From positions 1 through 33,178 of the IMG/VR virus record IMGVR_UViG_3300028498_000046: DNA of 33,178 nucleotides; one strand, given 5' to 3'. The DNA comes from a virus. Lineage: Duplodnaviria; Caudoviricetes. Each line of letters begins with the position of its first letter. The stretch's first letter is position 1. This document shows, piece by piece, positions 19,063 through 27,500 of this stretch. The position numbers and the translations under genes are program-made. The notes under the pieces were generated by a model. It was not told the DNA's origin. It did no database searches and saw only the letters and a list, made by a program, of their open reading frames with translations.

Positions 19063-21051
19063 CTACCAGTCTATGTTGTCGTTTAGGTTCTCTAAGTAGT
19101 TAACATTCTCTGCTGTTTTCGGGTCAGTCTTTACGGCTGGTAAGCCGCGTAAGGATAGAGCTTGCAGCTTACCGGTTTGCGGAGTTTGTCTTGCTGGCGC
19201 TTTTGGCTGCTGACCGGGTAACATCAGCCCACCACCCGTATTGGCACTGGCAGTAGACCCACCGCCTTTTGCATTGGGATTGATGTCGTAGATCATTTGC
19301 TTGAGCTGACCAAGTGATGACGCGCCTGCCATTGAAAGTAATACTTTATGTCCTAGGGCGTTCTTATCAGCCTTACTCATCGCTTTCTTCTTACCTCTTG
19401 GCTCTGGCACCGCACCAATCACCAAGTCAAACGCTTCTTGATATAGGCTTAAAAACTCTTGCTCATTCTTGGCTGTACCCATGCTTTTTAGCTTCGTGCC
19501 AGCACGTGCGTAGGTGGCAGTGGTGGCAGCATCCGGCTTGATACCTAGATTCTTCACGTCTTTTAGCGCGATATTGACACCCTTATCAACTGTGGCGTTA
19601 TAGTCTTTTGTGGTTCTGACGGCTTGTGCTGGCGTCTGATTGGTTTTATTTGCGCCTTTTGGAGGCTTTGCTGCCAATGGCTGTGTAAGTGTGGTTTGCA
19701 CGCCGCCCGCTGTGCTTGACCGATGTTTTACTAGGTAGTCTGTAAGAGAAGTCCCTAGCTGGTCTTTAGGGTTATAGCGGCCATTGGTTTGCACAAACTT
19801 ATTCATGCCGCCCTTACCGCCAAGATGAGCGACGGCAACCAAGCCGCCTAATGTCACTGGAACGCCATTAATTACTTTGCCTACTGCACCGGTTGCTTGT
19901 GCTGCGCTAATCAGATCGTTTACGTGCCACTCATTAACGGCTCGCTGCTGCGCTGGTGGCAAGTTTTTAAACTGGCCTGCTGATATAGGTCTTGAGCCTG
20001 TTGCTGTTGCGTAGTCTTTTAAACGGTCATCGCCCATCTGTATTAAGCCGCCATAGCCTTTGCCATTAGTATTGGTTCTAAATGCTCTGCTATTGCCGCT
20101 GCTTTCTGTGCCAGTGAGTGAGCTTATAATCCCATTGACTTGACTGGCTCTATCTTTGCCAAGCGTTACACCTGGCGTCTGACCTTGGTCGACTCCTGCT
20201 TTGTATAAATACTCTTCCATTCGATTGTAGGTCTGTTGGTCGATACGTCCTGCAGCAAGCTCGCCCTGAATGTACGCTAACGATTGTGCGTGCCCTGCTT
20301 GGTTGTCTTGCTTATCTATTGCGTAGCCCTGCAATTTTTCATCGCGCTCTGTTTGGTTTTTAAAATCAAGGCCCTTTAAGCTGACAGTATAACCATGGTC
20401 GCGTTCAGCTTTTATGCCATCCGCTTTGACATCAATCTTTTTCTTACCGCCATACAGTGTTAGCTCGCGCTGATCCTTCTCAGTCTCTTTGCGCTTCTCC
20501 GCTTCATAAGCGTCTTTCTCTGCGGCAAGAGACTGCCCGTTTTGCAACTGCTTGTAACCATTCATCAGCTGGTCATACGTCACTGAGTCAGTGCGCATGA
20601 CTTTGCCGGTGTCTTTATCAATGATATTTTGGAAGTAGTATTTATTGCCATTCTCATCGGTGCGTGCCGCGACCTTGCCATTGGCATCACGCGCTACGTT
20701 TATCTTGTACGGTAAATCGCTGTGACTGTTTGCGCCTTCTACAATGGCATCGATAGCACCTGACTCATCGCCCAGATTCTTAAAGTATTCGACTTTATTA
20801 AACGCCTTGCCATAGTTTCTTTTATTGATAGTATCAGTGCGAGTGTCTTTTTCGTCTTCAAGCTTGAGAGTATCAGACTGATAATTAACGTCATGTGTTT
20901 CTTGCGCATTCTTATCCTGCTGCGCTTGACGGTTGCGGTCGTACTGTTTATCCGCTACACGCTCCGCTTCTTTTTTCTTATCGTCTTCATGCCCCATGAT
21001 ATTTTTGGCAAATTGATTGGTAAACTGTGCAATTCCGGTCAAGCTGCTCAT
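19063..21051 (-). CDS. Putative virion ejection protein with lysozyme/transglycosylase-like domain
   Basis: 662 aa. TESSGN...GYGGLIQMG...GKVINGVPVTLGGLVAVAHLGGKGG...DQLGTSLTDYL (~19730-20135) is lysozyme-fold-like. AGGAG RBS. Confidence 0.75.
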   Translation of the reverse strand: MSSLTGIAQFTNQFAKNIMGHEDDKKKEAERVADKQYDRNRQAQQDKNAQETHDVNYQSDTLKLEDEKDTRTDTINKRNYGKAFNKVEYFKNLGDESGAIDAIVEGANSHSDLPYKINVARDANGKVAARTDENGNKYYFQNIIDKDTGKVMRTDSVTYDQLMNGYKQLQNGQSLAAEKDAYEAEKRKETEKDQRELTLYGGKKKIDVKADGIKAERDHGYTVSLKGLDFKNQTERDEKLQGYAIDKQDNQAGHAQSLAYIQGELAAGRIDQQTYNRMEEYLYKAGVDQGQTPGVTLGKDRASQVNGIISSLTGTESSGNSRAFRTNTNGKGYGGLIQMGDDRLKDYATATGSRPISAGQFKNLPPAQQRAVNEWHVNDLISAAQATGAVGKVINGVPVTLGGLVAVAHLGGKGGMNKFVQTNGRYNPKDQLGTSLTDYLVKHRSSTAGGVQTTLTQPLAAKPPKGANKTNQTPAQAVRTTKDYNATVDKGVNIALKDVKNLGIKPDAATTATYARAGTKLKSMGTAKNEQEFLSLYQEAFDLVIGAVPEPRGKKKAMSKADKNALGHKVLLSMAGASSLGQLKQMIYDINPNAKGGGSTASANTGGGLMLPGQQPKAPARQTPQTGKLQALSLRGLPAVKTDPKTAENVNYLENLNDNIDW

Positions 21052-21064
21052 AATAATCTCCTAG

Positions 21065-21796
21065 TTATAGCCATACGCCGGTGCCGACGGTGGTTTTTGC
21101 TGGCTTGTTTTTGTATTGATCCCACGCCTTATAGACGGTGCCGCCAAGGTCAGCCCAGCTTTTAGAAGCGTTATCGGCATTGGTTTGCGACTGTGTGGCG
21201 CGGTTGGCATAGGTTTTTGATAGGGCGGTTGACGCGCTATCAATGTTTGATTGCACGCCATTTAGCTTATTGATGCCGGTTTGATTGGCGTCTTGGTAAC
21301 GTGCAAAGGTTAAATCTTTAGCTCGGTCCATTTCTTGCTGGCGCGACTGATTGATAGTGCCTGCCAGCGCAAGTGCTCGTGATAAAGATAAGTCTCTTCC
21401 TAATGATTCAGCACGCCCGCTATTGGGATTAATACCCATGCGTTGCATGCCTCTAATTCTGGCGTTCTCTGAATTGGCGAACTGAGTATTTACATCACCG
21501 ATGGCGCGAGTAGTGACACCATCAATATCAGGCTTTACGCCCTGCCTTACTAGAGATAAATAACCCTCTTCAATTGGGCCGTAGGTTTCGTCGTAGTCCG
21601 CCTGCCTCTGCTTAGCAATTTCGAGCTGCTGTTGTTGCAAATACAAAGACTGATCACTAGCCTTGTTGGCTGCTTTTTGCTGCTTATCCTGCTCCTTTCC
21701 ACCTAGAAAGCCACCAACCCCACCAATGACGGCACCAGCCGGGCCACCTGTTAAAAAACCTGTCGCCGCACCTAAAACCCCACTTAAAAACCCCAT
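21065..21796 (-). CDS. Putative DNA transfer/pilot protein (P22 gp7-like position and composition)
   Basis: Gly-rich hydrophobic N-terminus MGFLSGVLGAATGFLTGGPAGAVIGGVGGFLGG followed by a Gln/Ala-rich helical region. First gene of the late operon; GAGGA RBS. Confidence 0.7.
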   Translation of the reverse strand: MGFLSGVLGAATGFLTGGPAGAVIGGVGGFLGGKEQDKQQKAANKASDQSLYLQQQQLEIAKQRQADYDETYGPIEEGYLSLVRQGVKPDIDGVTTRAIGDVNTQFANSENARIRGMQRMGINPNSGRAESLGRDLSLSRALALAGTINQSRQQEMDRAKDLTFARYQDANQTGINKLNGVQSNIDSASTALSKTYANRATQSQTNADNASKSWADLGGTVYKAWDQYKNKPAKTTVGTGVWL

Positions 21797-21850
21797 AATG
21801 TCCTCGCTTGTTTAATAATGAATATGACGTTGACGAATTTCAGACATGCC

Positions 21851-21880
21851 AAAAACCCAATCATCTGTTAATGACTAGGT
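21851..21880 (-). terminator. tR'-like terminator in the late leader
   Basis: Minus strand ACCTAGTCAT-TAACAG-ATGATTGGGT-TTTT (10-bp stem with two G-U pairs). Confidence 0.65.
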
Positions 21881-21949
21881 ATCTGTTTGTTGTGAGGTGG
21901 CAAAGACTGCCTAATTACTGCAAGTGGAACAAGGTATTACTATGTTTTA

Positions 21950-21978
21950 ATTATAGCAAAATACAATGTAAGCATTGT
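21950..21978 (-). promoter_or_regulatory. Putative late promoter (extended -10) with a palindrome in place of -35
   Basis: Minus strand TGcTATAAT (21958-21950); ACAATG-TAAG-CATTGT at 21963-21978. Confidence 0.55.
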
Positions 21979-22065
21979 GATTAATAGCATAAAATTTCTT
22001 GTTTCTGTAAGCGCTCACAATGATGAACGCTTGACACAATCAATAACACATCTGCCCTAGAAGCT

Positions 22066-22275
22066 AGAAGACACGTACTACGCGATATCAAGTTAATGCT
22101 ATCTCAAATAGATGATCCAAATATGGATGATACTGATTTTAAAGAGGTTTTTGACAGTCGTGGCTATACGTCAGAAATCCTGCTTAACAAAGGCTTAACC
22201 CTTACGTTGGTCGCAGGGTACAGCTCAAAAGCTAGATACCAGATTATTAAGCGCTGGCATACATCAGACAGTTAG
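22066..22275 (+). pseudogene. Rha-family phage regulatory protein fragment
   Basis: Translates RRHVLRDIKLMLSQIDDPNMDDTDFKEVFDSRGYTSEILLNKGLTLTLVAGYSSKARYQIIKRWHTSDS*. Rha motifs H.VLRDI and LV.GYS...R..II.RW. No start codon between the upstream in-frame stop (22024) and the motif. Confidence 0.75.
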
Positions 22276-22307
22276 AAACATTCCAAGCAGACATTCTCGC
22301 TACAACA

Positions 22308-22760
22308 TTAACTCAATTCTAAAATCGCTTCATAGATATGCCTTTCTGCATTACTCAGATGCTCCTGAACCTTGCGTACATGACTGCGCTTAGTTGTGCC
22401 CTCGCCATGCTCATACTCGCTCACTACTGACTTGCTAAGCCTCGTATAAGACATGCCATACAAGTAATAACGCTTTATAATACTCGCCCACATCATAAGC
22501 TCTTTATCACCTGACTGTCTCATGCCAGCCAACTCGCGGTCTATCAACGTGTAGTATGCCTGATCATCCATATTCCACAGTACCGGGCGACTTCTTTCGC
22601 GACTTTGTTGAACGTTATTGCGTAGTATTTTTGCCATAGGTGATTTATACCCTAAATGACTACCAACCCTCTCACGATTGCAAAAATCACCCCACCCAGT
22701 TAACCAACTCTGTACCTCTAATACATCAACCACTTCGTCTTTTTCGATAGTTTCGCTCAT
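22308..22760 (-). CDS. Q-like antiterminator / late activator
   Basis: VQSWLTGWG...LGYKSPMA...IIKRYYLYGMSYTRL...VQEHLSNAE with a C-terminal HTH-like segment; lies between dnaB and the late operon. Confidence 0.65.
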   Translation of the reverse strand: MSETIEKDEVVDVLEVQSWLTGWGDFCNRERVGSHLGYKSPMAKILRNNVQQSRERSRPVLWNMDDQAYYTLIDRELAGMRQSGDKELMMWASIIKRYYLYGMSYTRLSKSVVSEYEHGEGTTKRSHVRKVQEHLSNAERHIYEAILELS

Positions 22761-22824
22761 GGGCCACCCTTAAAATTGTTATAATCGTCATGAGTAATAA
22801 CACTTCACTGTTAATTGCCAGCTT

Positions 22825-22857
22825 AAGCACTCATGCGACCAACATGAGTGCTTTTTT
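22825..22857 (+). terminator. Rho-independent terminator, antisense to the early operon
   Basis: AAGCACTCATG-CGACCAA-CATGAGTGCTT followed by TTTT. Confidence 0.7.
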
Positions 22858-22917
22858 ATTACGCTGACACATTGTTTCAATACTTATCAAATAGAGAGTG
22901 CTTGGAATAACTAATTA

Positions 22918-24294
22918 TCAAGCGTAGCTACTCCCGTATTCCGGTATCTCGTCCAAGTCACCCATCATTGGTATGTAATTGGTGAAGCGCGCGTATTGCC
23001 CTTCAAAACCTAACCTGACGGTACCAGTTGGTCCGTTTCTGCTTTTGGCCAATATAATTTCTGCTGAACCATCAAGCTTGGCGCTGCCACCTTTCTCTTT
23101 TTGTTCGTAGTAATCATTGCGATAAACAAAGGCGATAAGGTCAGCGTCTTGCTCAATCGTGCCTGAATCACGCAAGTCGGACATGATAGGTCGCTTATTG
23201 GGGCGCTTCTCAACGTCACGGCTCAACTGAGACAGCAAAAACACAGGGCAACCAAACTCATGACCCAGGGCTTTTAATGTGCGAGTGACCTTGCCGATGT
23301 TATCAATCTTGTACTGCCCATCAAGCCCGCCCATTATTTGTAGATAATCGACACCAATAGCCGATAGCTTCCCGCCAGCTTCACGCTTAATGCGGTTCAA
23401 GTGGGTGCGTATCTTTGCAATGCTGATATCCTTTTCATCTACGATGGTCAGCGGCATGCTCTCTTGGTCTGAGATAAAGCGCTGCATTCGGGCCCATTCA
23501 TCGGTGCTTAACTGACCCTTTCTGATAGAGGTAAGCTCAACCTTAGCCTCGGCGCTTGCCAACCTGTCCATGACCTGCTCTTGTGGCATCTCTACGCTAA
23601 AAAATACGGCTTCGCCTTCTCGGTACTTGGCAATATGTGAAAGCCAATTCATGACCAAGGCAGTCTTACCCATTGAAGGGCGAGCGGCCACAACAACCAA
23701 GTTACCAGCATCAATCATCATCAAGTTATCAAGCTCAGGGAACCCAGTATCAATGAAGTTACTGACGCCATCCTTAGCCGCCGCAATACGTTCAATCATG
23801 CTGCCCATCAAGTCACCTACTCGAGCGCAGCTGTTATCGGTATCGCCCACTTCAAGGTTGGAGATAGCGCTCATGACCTCGTTATTCACATCGATGGTCT
23901 GATTATTTCCTTCCTCAAGCTTCTGTACGCCGTACATCAACTGGGCAATGGACTGCCTACGAATGGAGCGGCTTTTGACCAACTGGGCATGGTTGCGCAA
24001 ACTACTGGATGTAATACTTGGCACCAAACTCATTTGGGCAAAGTAACCAGGCGGGCAGCAATCCTCATTGAGCTGATTGCGCTCTTCAAGCAAGTCCATC
24101 ACCATAACCTGATCGTAAGGCTTGCCGTTCATCGCTAAGTCACTGACTGCCTGATAGATAATTTGGTGTCTTAGGGCGTCGAAGTCATCAGCGATAACAA
24201 CATCACTGACCATATCGAACGCGCCATCTCTGCCAAGCAACTGATTGAGCACACATTGCTCAACTTGGATAAATCTCTTTTGGTCATCAATCAT
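22918..24294 (-). CDS. dnaB: Replicative DNA helicase (phage-encoded DnaB-like)
   Basis: AARPSMGKT Walker A, FFSVEM, VDYLQIM, LSQLSRDVEKRPNKRPIMSDLRDSGTIEQDAD, KSRNGPTG. Confidence 0.95.
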   Translation of the reverse strand: MIDDQKRFIQVEQCVLNQLLGRDGAFDMVSDVVIADDFDALRHQIIYQAVSDLAMNGKPYDQVMVMDLLEERNQLNEDCCPPGYFAQMSLVPSITSSSLRNHAQLVKSRSIRRQSIAQLMYGVQKLEEGNNQTIDVNNEVMSAISNLEVGDTDNSCARVGDLMGSMIERIAAAKDGVSNFIDTGFPELDNLMMIDAGNLVVVAARPSMGKTALVMNWLSHIAKYREGEAVFFSVEMPQEQVMDRLASAEAKVELTSIRKGQLSTDEWARMQRFISDQESMPLTIVDEKDISIAKIRTHLNRIKREAGGKLSAIGVDYLQIMGGLDGQYKIDNIGKVTRTLKALGHEFGCPVFLLSQLSRDVEKRPNKRPIMSDLRDSGTIEQDADLIAFVYRNDYYEQKEKGGSAKLDGSAEIILAKSRNGPTGTVRLGFEGQYARFTNYIPMMGDLDEIPEYGSSYA

Positions 24295-25139
24295 TGGGCA
24301 GCTCCTGCAATCTGAATGTCTGAGGTTTTAGCTCTGTAGCTACCCCAATCACAATGCGTCACTAATAGGTTTTGCTGCAAGCGGTCCCATGCTCTATCGC
24401 CTAAGTATTCACGCAAGCTCTTAATGTCCATATTAGTCGTTATGATGGTCGGCGCTCGGTTGTAACGTAAGGCGATTATCTGAGCAATGCGAGCACGGTC
24501 TTTGTCGTGTCCGTCACCGGCGCCCAAGTCGTCAACAATCAAAAGCTCATTCGATACAAGCTCCTGAAGGTAATCATATTCACTGACCTGATAATTACCC
24601 CAATGCCCCCTTGCCTGCGCACCAATGTCAAAAGACGTTATCAGCTCACAAGTGTGGTCGTAAAAGTCTTGCTGGTTGTAGCTCTTAAATTCGCTTGGCA
24701 AGGATTGCTCTTTGACCAAGTAATGATTGACCGCGATTGCATTGGCCAACATCGTCTTGCCTGTACCAGTAGGACCAAGGATAACGATGTTGCGTGACCG
24801 GTCATCGATGGTTTTACTGTACTGCTGCAGCTGGGCGATTTTGGCGCGCTGGTCGTTACCCTTCACTGGGTCATACTGCCATTCGCTAAAACGTCCCATG
24901 TTCGCGCTCACGCCCTTTGCTTTCATTTTTGCTAGCATTAGTGCCCTCATGATGCCGCGGTCAGTTTTAAGGCGTTCTGAGTTGTCACGCACGCGCTTTT
25001 CTTCACTACACTGGCAACAGCTGATATTACCGGCTATTTCTCTGTGGGCTGTCTGACCATGAATATCACAATCAGCCAATACCTCACGCAGAACCGTCGT
25101 TCCTAACTCAGTCCGTGATAACTCTTTAATAATTTCCAT
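24291..25139 (-). CDS. DnaC/IstB-like AAA+ helicase loader
   Basis: CDIHG...CCQC zinc motif, GPTGTGKT, LLIVDDLG, TIITTN, GDRAWDRL, WGSYR. ATG 25139 has an AGGAG RBS. Confidence 0.9.
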   Translation of the reverse strand: MEIIKELSRTELGTTVLREVLADCDIHGQTAHREIAGNISCCQCSEEKRVRDNSERLKTDRGIMRALMLAKMKAKGVSANMGRFSEWQYDPVKGNDQRAKIAQLQQYSKTIDDRSRNIVILGPTGTGKTMLANAIAVNHYLVKEQSLPSEFKSYNQQDFYDHTCELITSFDIGAQARGHWGNYQVSEYDYLQELVSNELLIVDDLGAGDGHDKDRARIAQIIALRYNRAPTIITTNMDIKSLREYLGDRAWDRLQQNLLVTHCDWGSYRAKTSDIQIAGAAQ

Positions 25140-26031
25140 TAGATGCTCCTGTTCTGCTAGATAGTCCGTCCAAAGGGTCATAGTTTGGGTCTTCATATTT
25201 AGCATTTACGTTCATGTTTTTATAACTGGTTAATTGCTTGTCAGCTGCAATATGCTTGAGGTACCACTCTTCTTTTATCGTAGTCCAACCACGTTCCAAC
25301 CAAACTGAAACTATCTGCTCTACGCTGTGACCCGTGTTTTGCTGAATAACCTCTATTGCATTTGCGGCCATCTTCCAAGAAGTTGCTGTCAATGGCGCTC
25401 TCTTTGCTTTCCTGAGAGTAATTAGGTCATCCCAAATCTGTTGCGTTAAATTAATGGGTTTAGTGACCGTCGTAGTGGCTGGTACTTTCTTAACAGTATT
25501 TTTTGTTAACTTATTACTCTTGTTATCACTATCTTTTATATTGTCTTTATAGTTTTCTTTAGTTGTCTTTATAAGTATGGCGCTTTCCGCCACTACTCCT
25601 GTGGCACTTTCCGCCACTACCCTATGGCGCTTTTCGCCACTACCTATGTGGCACTTTTCGCTACTACTGGCGATTTCCGCCACTACTGGCGCTTTATGCC
25701 ATAAGCCAGACTCTTGATTGATCGAATAGACGCTAACACAACCCTGTTTTTTTATTACCTGCACCAGTCCTGAGTCCACAGCTTCTTTGACGTGTAGATA
25801 AGCAGTTTTATCTCTGTTTGTACCTAAAACTCGCTTGAATGTTTCAGTAGGAATTGCTGCTGACTTCTTACCACCCATACCTTCTGTGTACCTGATAACT
25901 GTCATAACAACTAATAATGCACCGGGCTTGAGTATATCTCCTGCCACACAATCAATTATGCTATTAGGAGCTCTATACCACTGCGATTGGTATAAGCCTT
26001 CACCCTCATTCCTCTGTTTATCGACGCTCAT
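25126..26031 (-). CDS. Phage replication initiator (lambda O-like organisation)
   Basis: N-terminal wHTH-like region, central iteron-encoded repeats (VVAESA), C-terminal WDDLITLRKAKRAPLT...RGW; upstream of the loader and helicase. Confidence 0.85.
   Translation of the reverse strand: MSVDKQRNEGEGLYQSQWYRAPNSIIDCVAGDILKPGALLVVMTVIRYTEGMGGKKSAAIPTETFKRVLGTNRDKTAYLHVKEAVDSGLVQVIKKQGCVSVYSINQESGLWHKAPVVAEIASSSEKCHIGSGEKRHRVVAESATGVVAESAILIKTTKENYKDNIKDSDNKSNKLTKNTVKKVPATTTVTKPINLTQQIWDDLITLRKAKRAPLTATSWKMAANAIEVIQQNTGHSVEQIVSVWLERGWTTIKEEWYLKHIAADKQLTSYKNMNVNAKYEDPNYDPLDGLSSRTGASNGNY
25578..25695 (+). repeat. Replication origin iterons
   Basis: Five ~19-bp copies of TGGCRCTTTYCGCCACTAC at 25578, 25602, 25625, 25649 and 25668, plus a partial copy at 25687, next to an AT-rich tract (~25490-25575). 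Confidence 0.85.
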
Positions 26032-26333
26032 TCTTCAGCCCTCCATCTATTAGAAAGCCATAGATTTTTTGGTCTATTGAAGCTTGCTATTTGGAAGGCA
26101 TCAACCCCACTAAGACAAGTCAATGTAGAGTCATGGACGTAAGTTAGTACAATCTCACAGATAGTTATGCTATTATCACTCTCGTGGTGTTTAGCCATTG
26201 ATGTGAATGGTGTTTGCTTGCCTGCTATTCCTTGCCGTGGAGTTAGCATAAAAGTATTTATCAGTTTCAAGAAGCCTGAGCTAATCGCTCGGGCTTTTTT
26301 GTGTCTGAACGTTTTACGCAGTGTGGTAGTCAT
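26028..26333 (-). CDS. Hypothetical protein upstream of the initiator
   Basis: ATG 26333 follows GGAGGGAG; stop overlaps the initiator ATG. Confidence 0.5.
   Translation of the reverse strand: MTTTLRKTFRHKKARAISSGFLKLINTFMLTPRQGIAGKQTPFTSMAKHHESDNSITICEIVLTYVHDSTLTCLSGVDAFQIASFNRPKNLWLSNRWRAEE
26274..26300 (+). terminator. Rho-independent terminator, antisense to the early operon
   Basis: GCCTGAGC-TAATC-GCTCGGGC-TTTTTT. Confidence 0.7.
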
Positions 26334-26463
26334 CACTCCCTCCATGCTTGCTTATTTGCTTGCGATTTTGATTGGAAGGCTGGCGCGCAGACTGATATTT
26401 TTGGTAATGGTTTTTGCGCTTGGCGTGACGGCGGCTGTGCTTTGATGTAGGAGACTTCTTCAT
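26314..26463 (-). CDS. Small Arg/Lys/His-rich peptide (49 aa, below the ORF track cutoff)
   Basis: MKKSPTSKHSRRHAKRKNHYQKYQSARQPSNQNRKQISKHGGSDDYHTA; GGAGG RBS; ATGA overlap with the upstream stop. Confidence 0.55.
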   Translation of the reverse strand: MKKSPTSKHSRRHAKRKNHYQKYQSARQPSNQNRKQISKHGGSDDYHTA

Positions 26464-26669
26464 TTCTGCACCCTCCAACTGTCACAAATAACGATCGGTT
26501 TCGATACCTTTTTCTCGCTCTTTACTTCCTTAAAAAACCCACTAAACGAGGAAGAAAAACAACGTACTAAAACACCTGTTATTTTCTCTTGTAACGGGTA
26601 CTGTAAGATAATTTTTAGTGGTATCGTGGCAATCTTTAGAGCGTGATTTGGATTGGTAAAATCAATCAT
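26460..26669 (-). CDS. Hypothetical protein
   Basis: Coupled to neighbours; AAGGGAG RBS. Confidence 0.55.
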   Translation of the reverse strand: MIDFTNPNHALKIATIPLKIILQYPLQEKITGVLVRCFSSSFSGFFKEVKSEKKVSKPIVICDSWRVQK

Positions 26670-26895
26670 TATCTGCTCCCTTTTCTGCCTGTGAATTTGC
26701 TAGATCATCCTCTGAGTAATGAAGAAAATCTTGCGCTAGATACTGTCCAAGATCGGCAAGTTTTTGCGCTTTATGTGCATCATCATTTTTAAGGTCATTC
26801 TTGATGGTAGTGAATAATGCGTCAAACCATGAAAGGCGTTGCATTTCCGCTTCTTTGGCGTTTATCAAATCGTTAGCTGGTTTATTAGTACTCAT
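26662..26895 (-). CDS. Hypothetical helical protein
   Basis: 77 aa, GAGGTGG RBS, ATGA overlap. Confidence 0.7.
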   Translation of the reverse strand: MSTNKPANDLINAKEAEMQRLSWFDALFTTIKNDLKNDDAHKAQKLADLGQYLAQDFLHYSEDDLANSQAEKGADND

Positions 26896-27500
26896 GCTGC
26901 CACCTCAGTACCAAAAATACTTTGAGCTAATGGCTTATTGATAGTGTTTAATCTACTATTAAGTAATTCTGCCCATGTTTCCGTGGCTTCATGTGATAAC
27001 CGCGCCATTGATATTGCTTGTCCAGAAGTTATCTCTTCTTGATAGATCATCCATAACAGCATGCCGATATCGTCCAATAAGGTAATAGCACCGCCAATAT
27101 CACAAGCGGTATTAGATAGCTCGAATGAAGACATTAAAATAACTTCGTTGTCATCAGCTTCGGTAATATCGATTACTTTGCGTTGGCTTGATTGGGTGGT
27201 AGAGGCATTGCTATATAGAGTAGCAATCGCTTGGCGGTTAGCTGGTGTGTCGTGAAATAGGTTTGGCCTATAGTCACCTGTTTCTGTGTCAGACGCTGGG
27301 ATGAAATAGCCTCGTACATCGTAATAGAAATAGCTGCCATCATAAGTGAGAGCTAGTAGATCACGTTGGCCAGCTATAAGAGTAAACGGCTCGCTACTTA
27401 ATGACGGGCACAGAACAACATCACCAATAGCAAAGATAGCTTGATTGGTAGCTGGTGTAGGGGTGGTAGTTTTTGAGGTCGTGCGAATTGAATTACCCAT
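26892..27500 (-). CDS. Hypothetical protein
   Basis: 202 aa, AGGAG RBS adjacent to an antisense target repeat. Confidence 0.75.
   Translation of the reverse strand: MGNSIRTTSKTTTPTPATNQAIFAIGDVVLCPSLSSEPFTLIAGQRDLLALTYDGSYFYYDVRGYFIPASDTETGDYRPNLFHDTPANRQAIATLYSNASTTQSSQRKVIDITEADDNEVILMSSFELSNTACDIGGAITLLDDIGMLLWMIYQEEITSGQAISMARLSHEATETWAELLNSRLNTINKPLAQSIFGTEVAA

Noticed and set aside
22918-24294. Host chromosomal dnaB
   Set aside because: It lies inside the att-bounded element and is translationally coupled to phage-type replication genes.
24291-25205. IS21-family IstB transposition helper
   Set aside because: No IstA or terminal inverted repeats. Its position between the initiator and DnaB indicates a helicase loader.
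25578-25695. Mini-CRISPR or protein repeat domain
   Set aside because: Spacers are only 0-5 nt. Location inside the initiator next to an AT-rich tract fits origin iterons.
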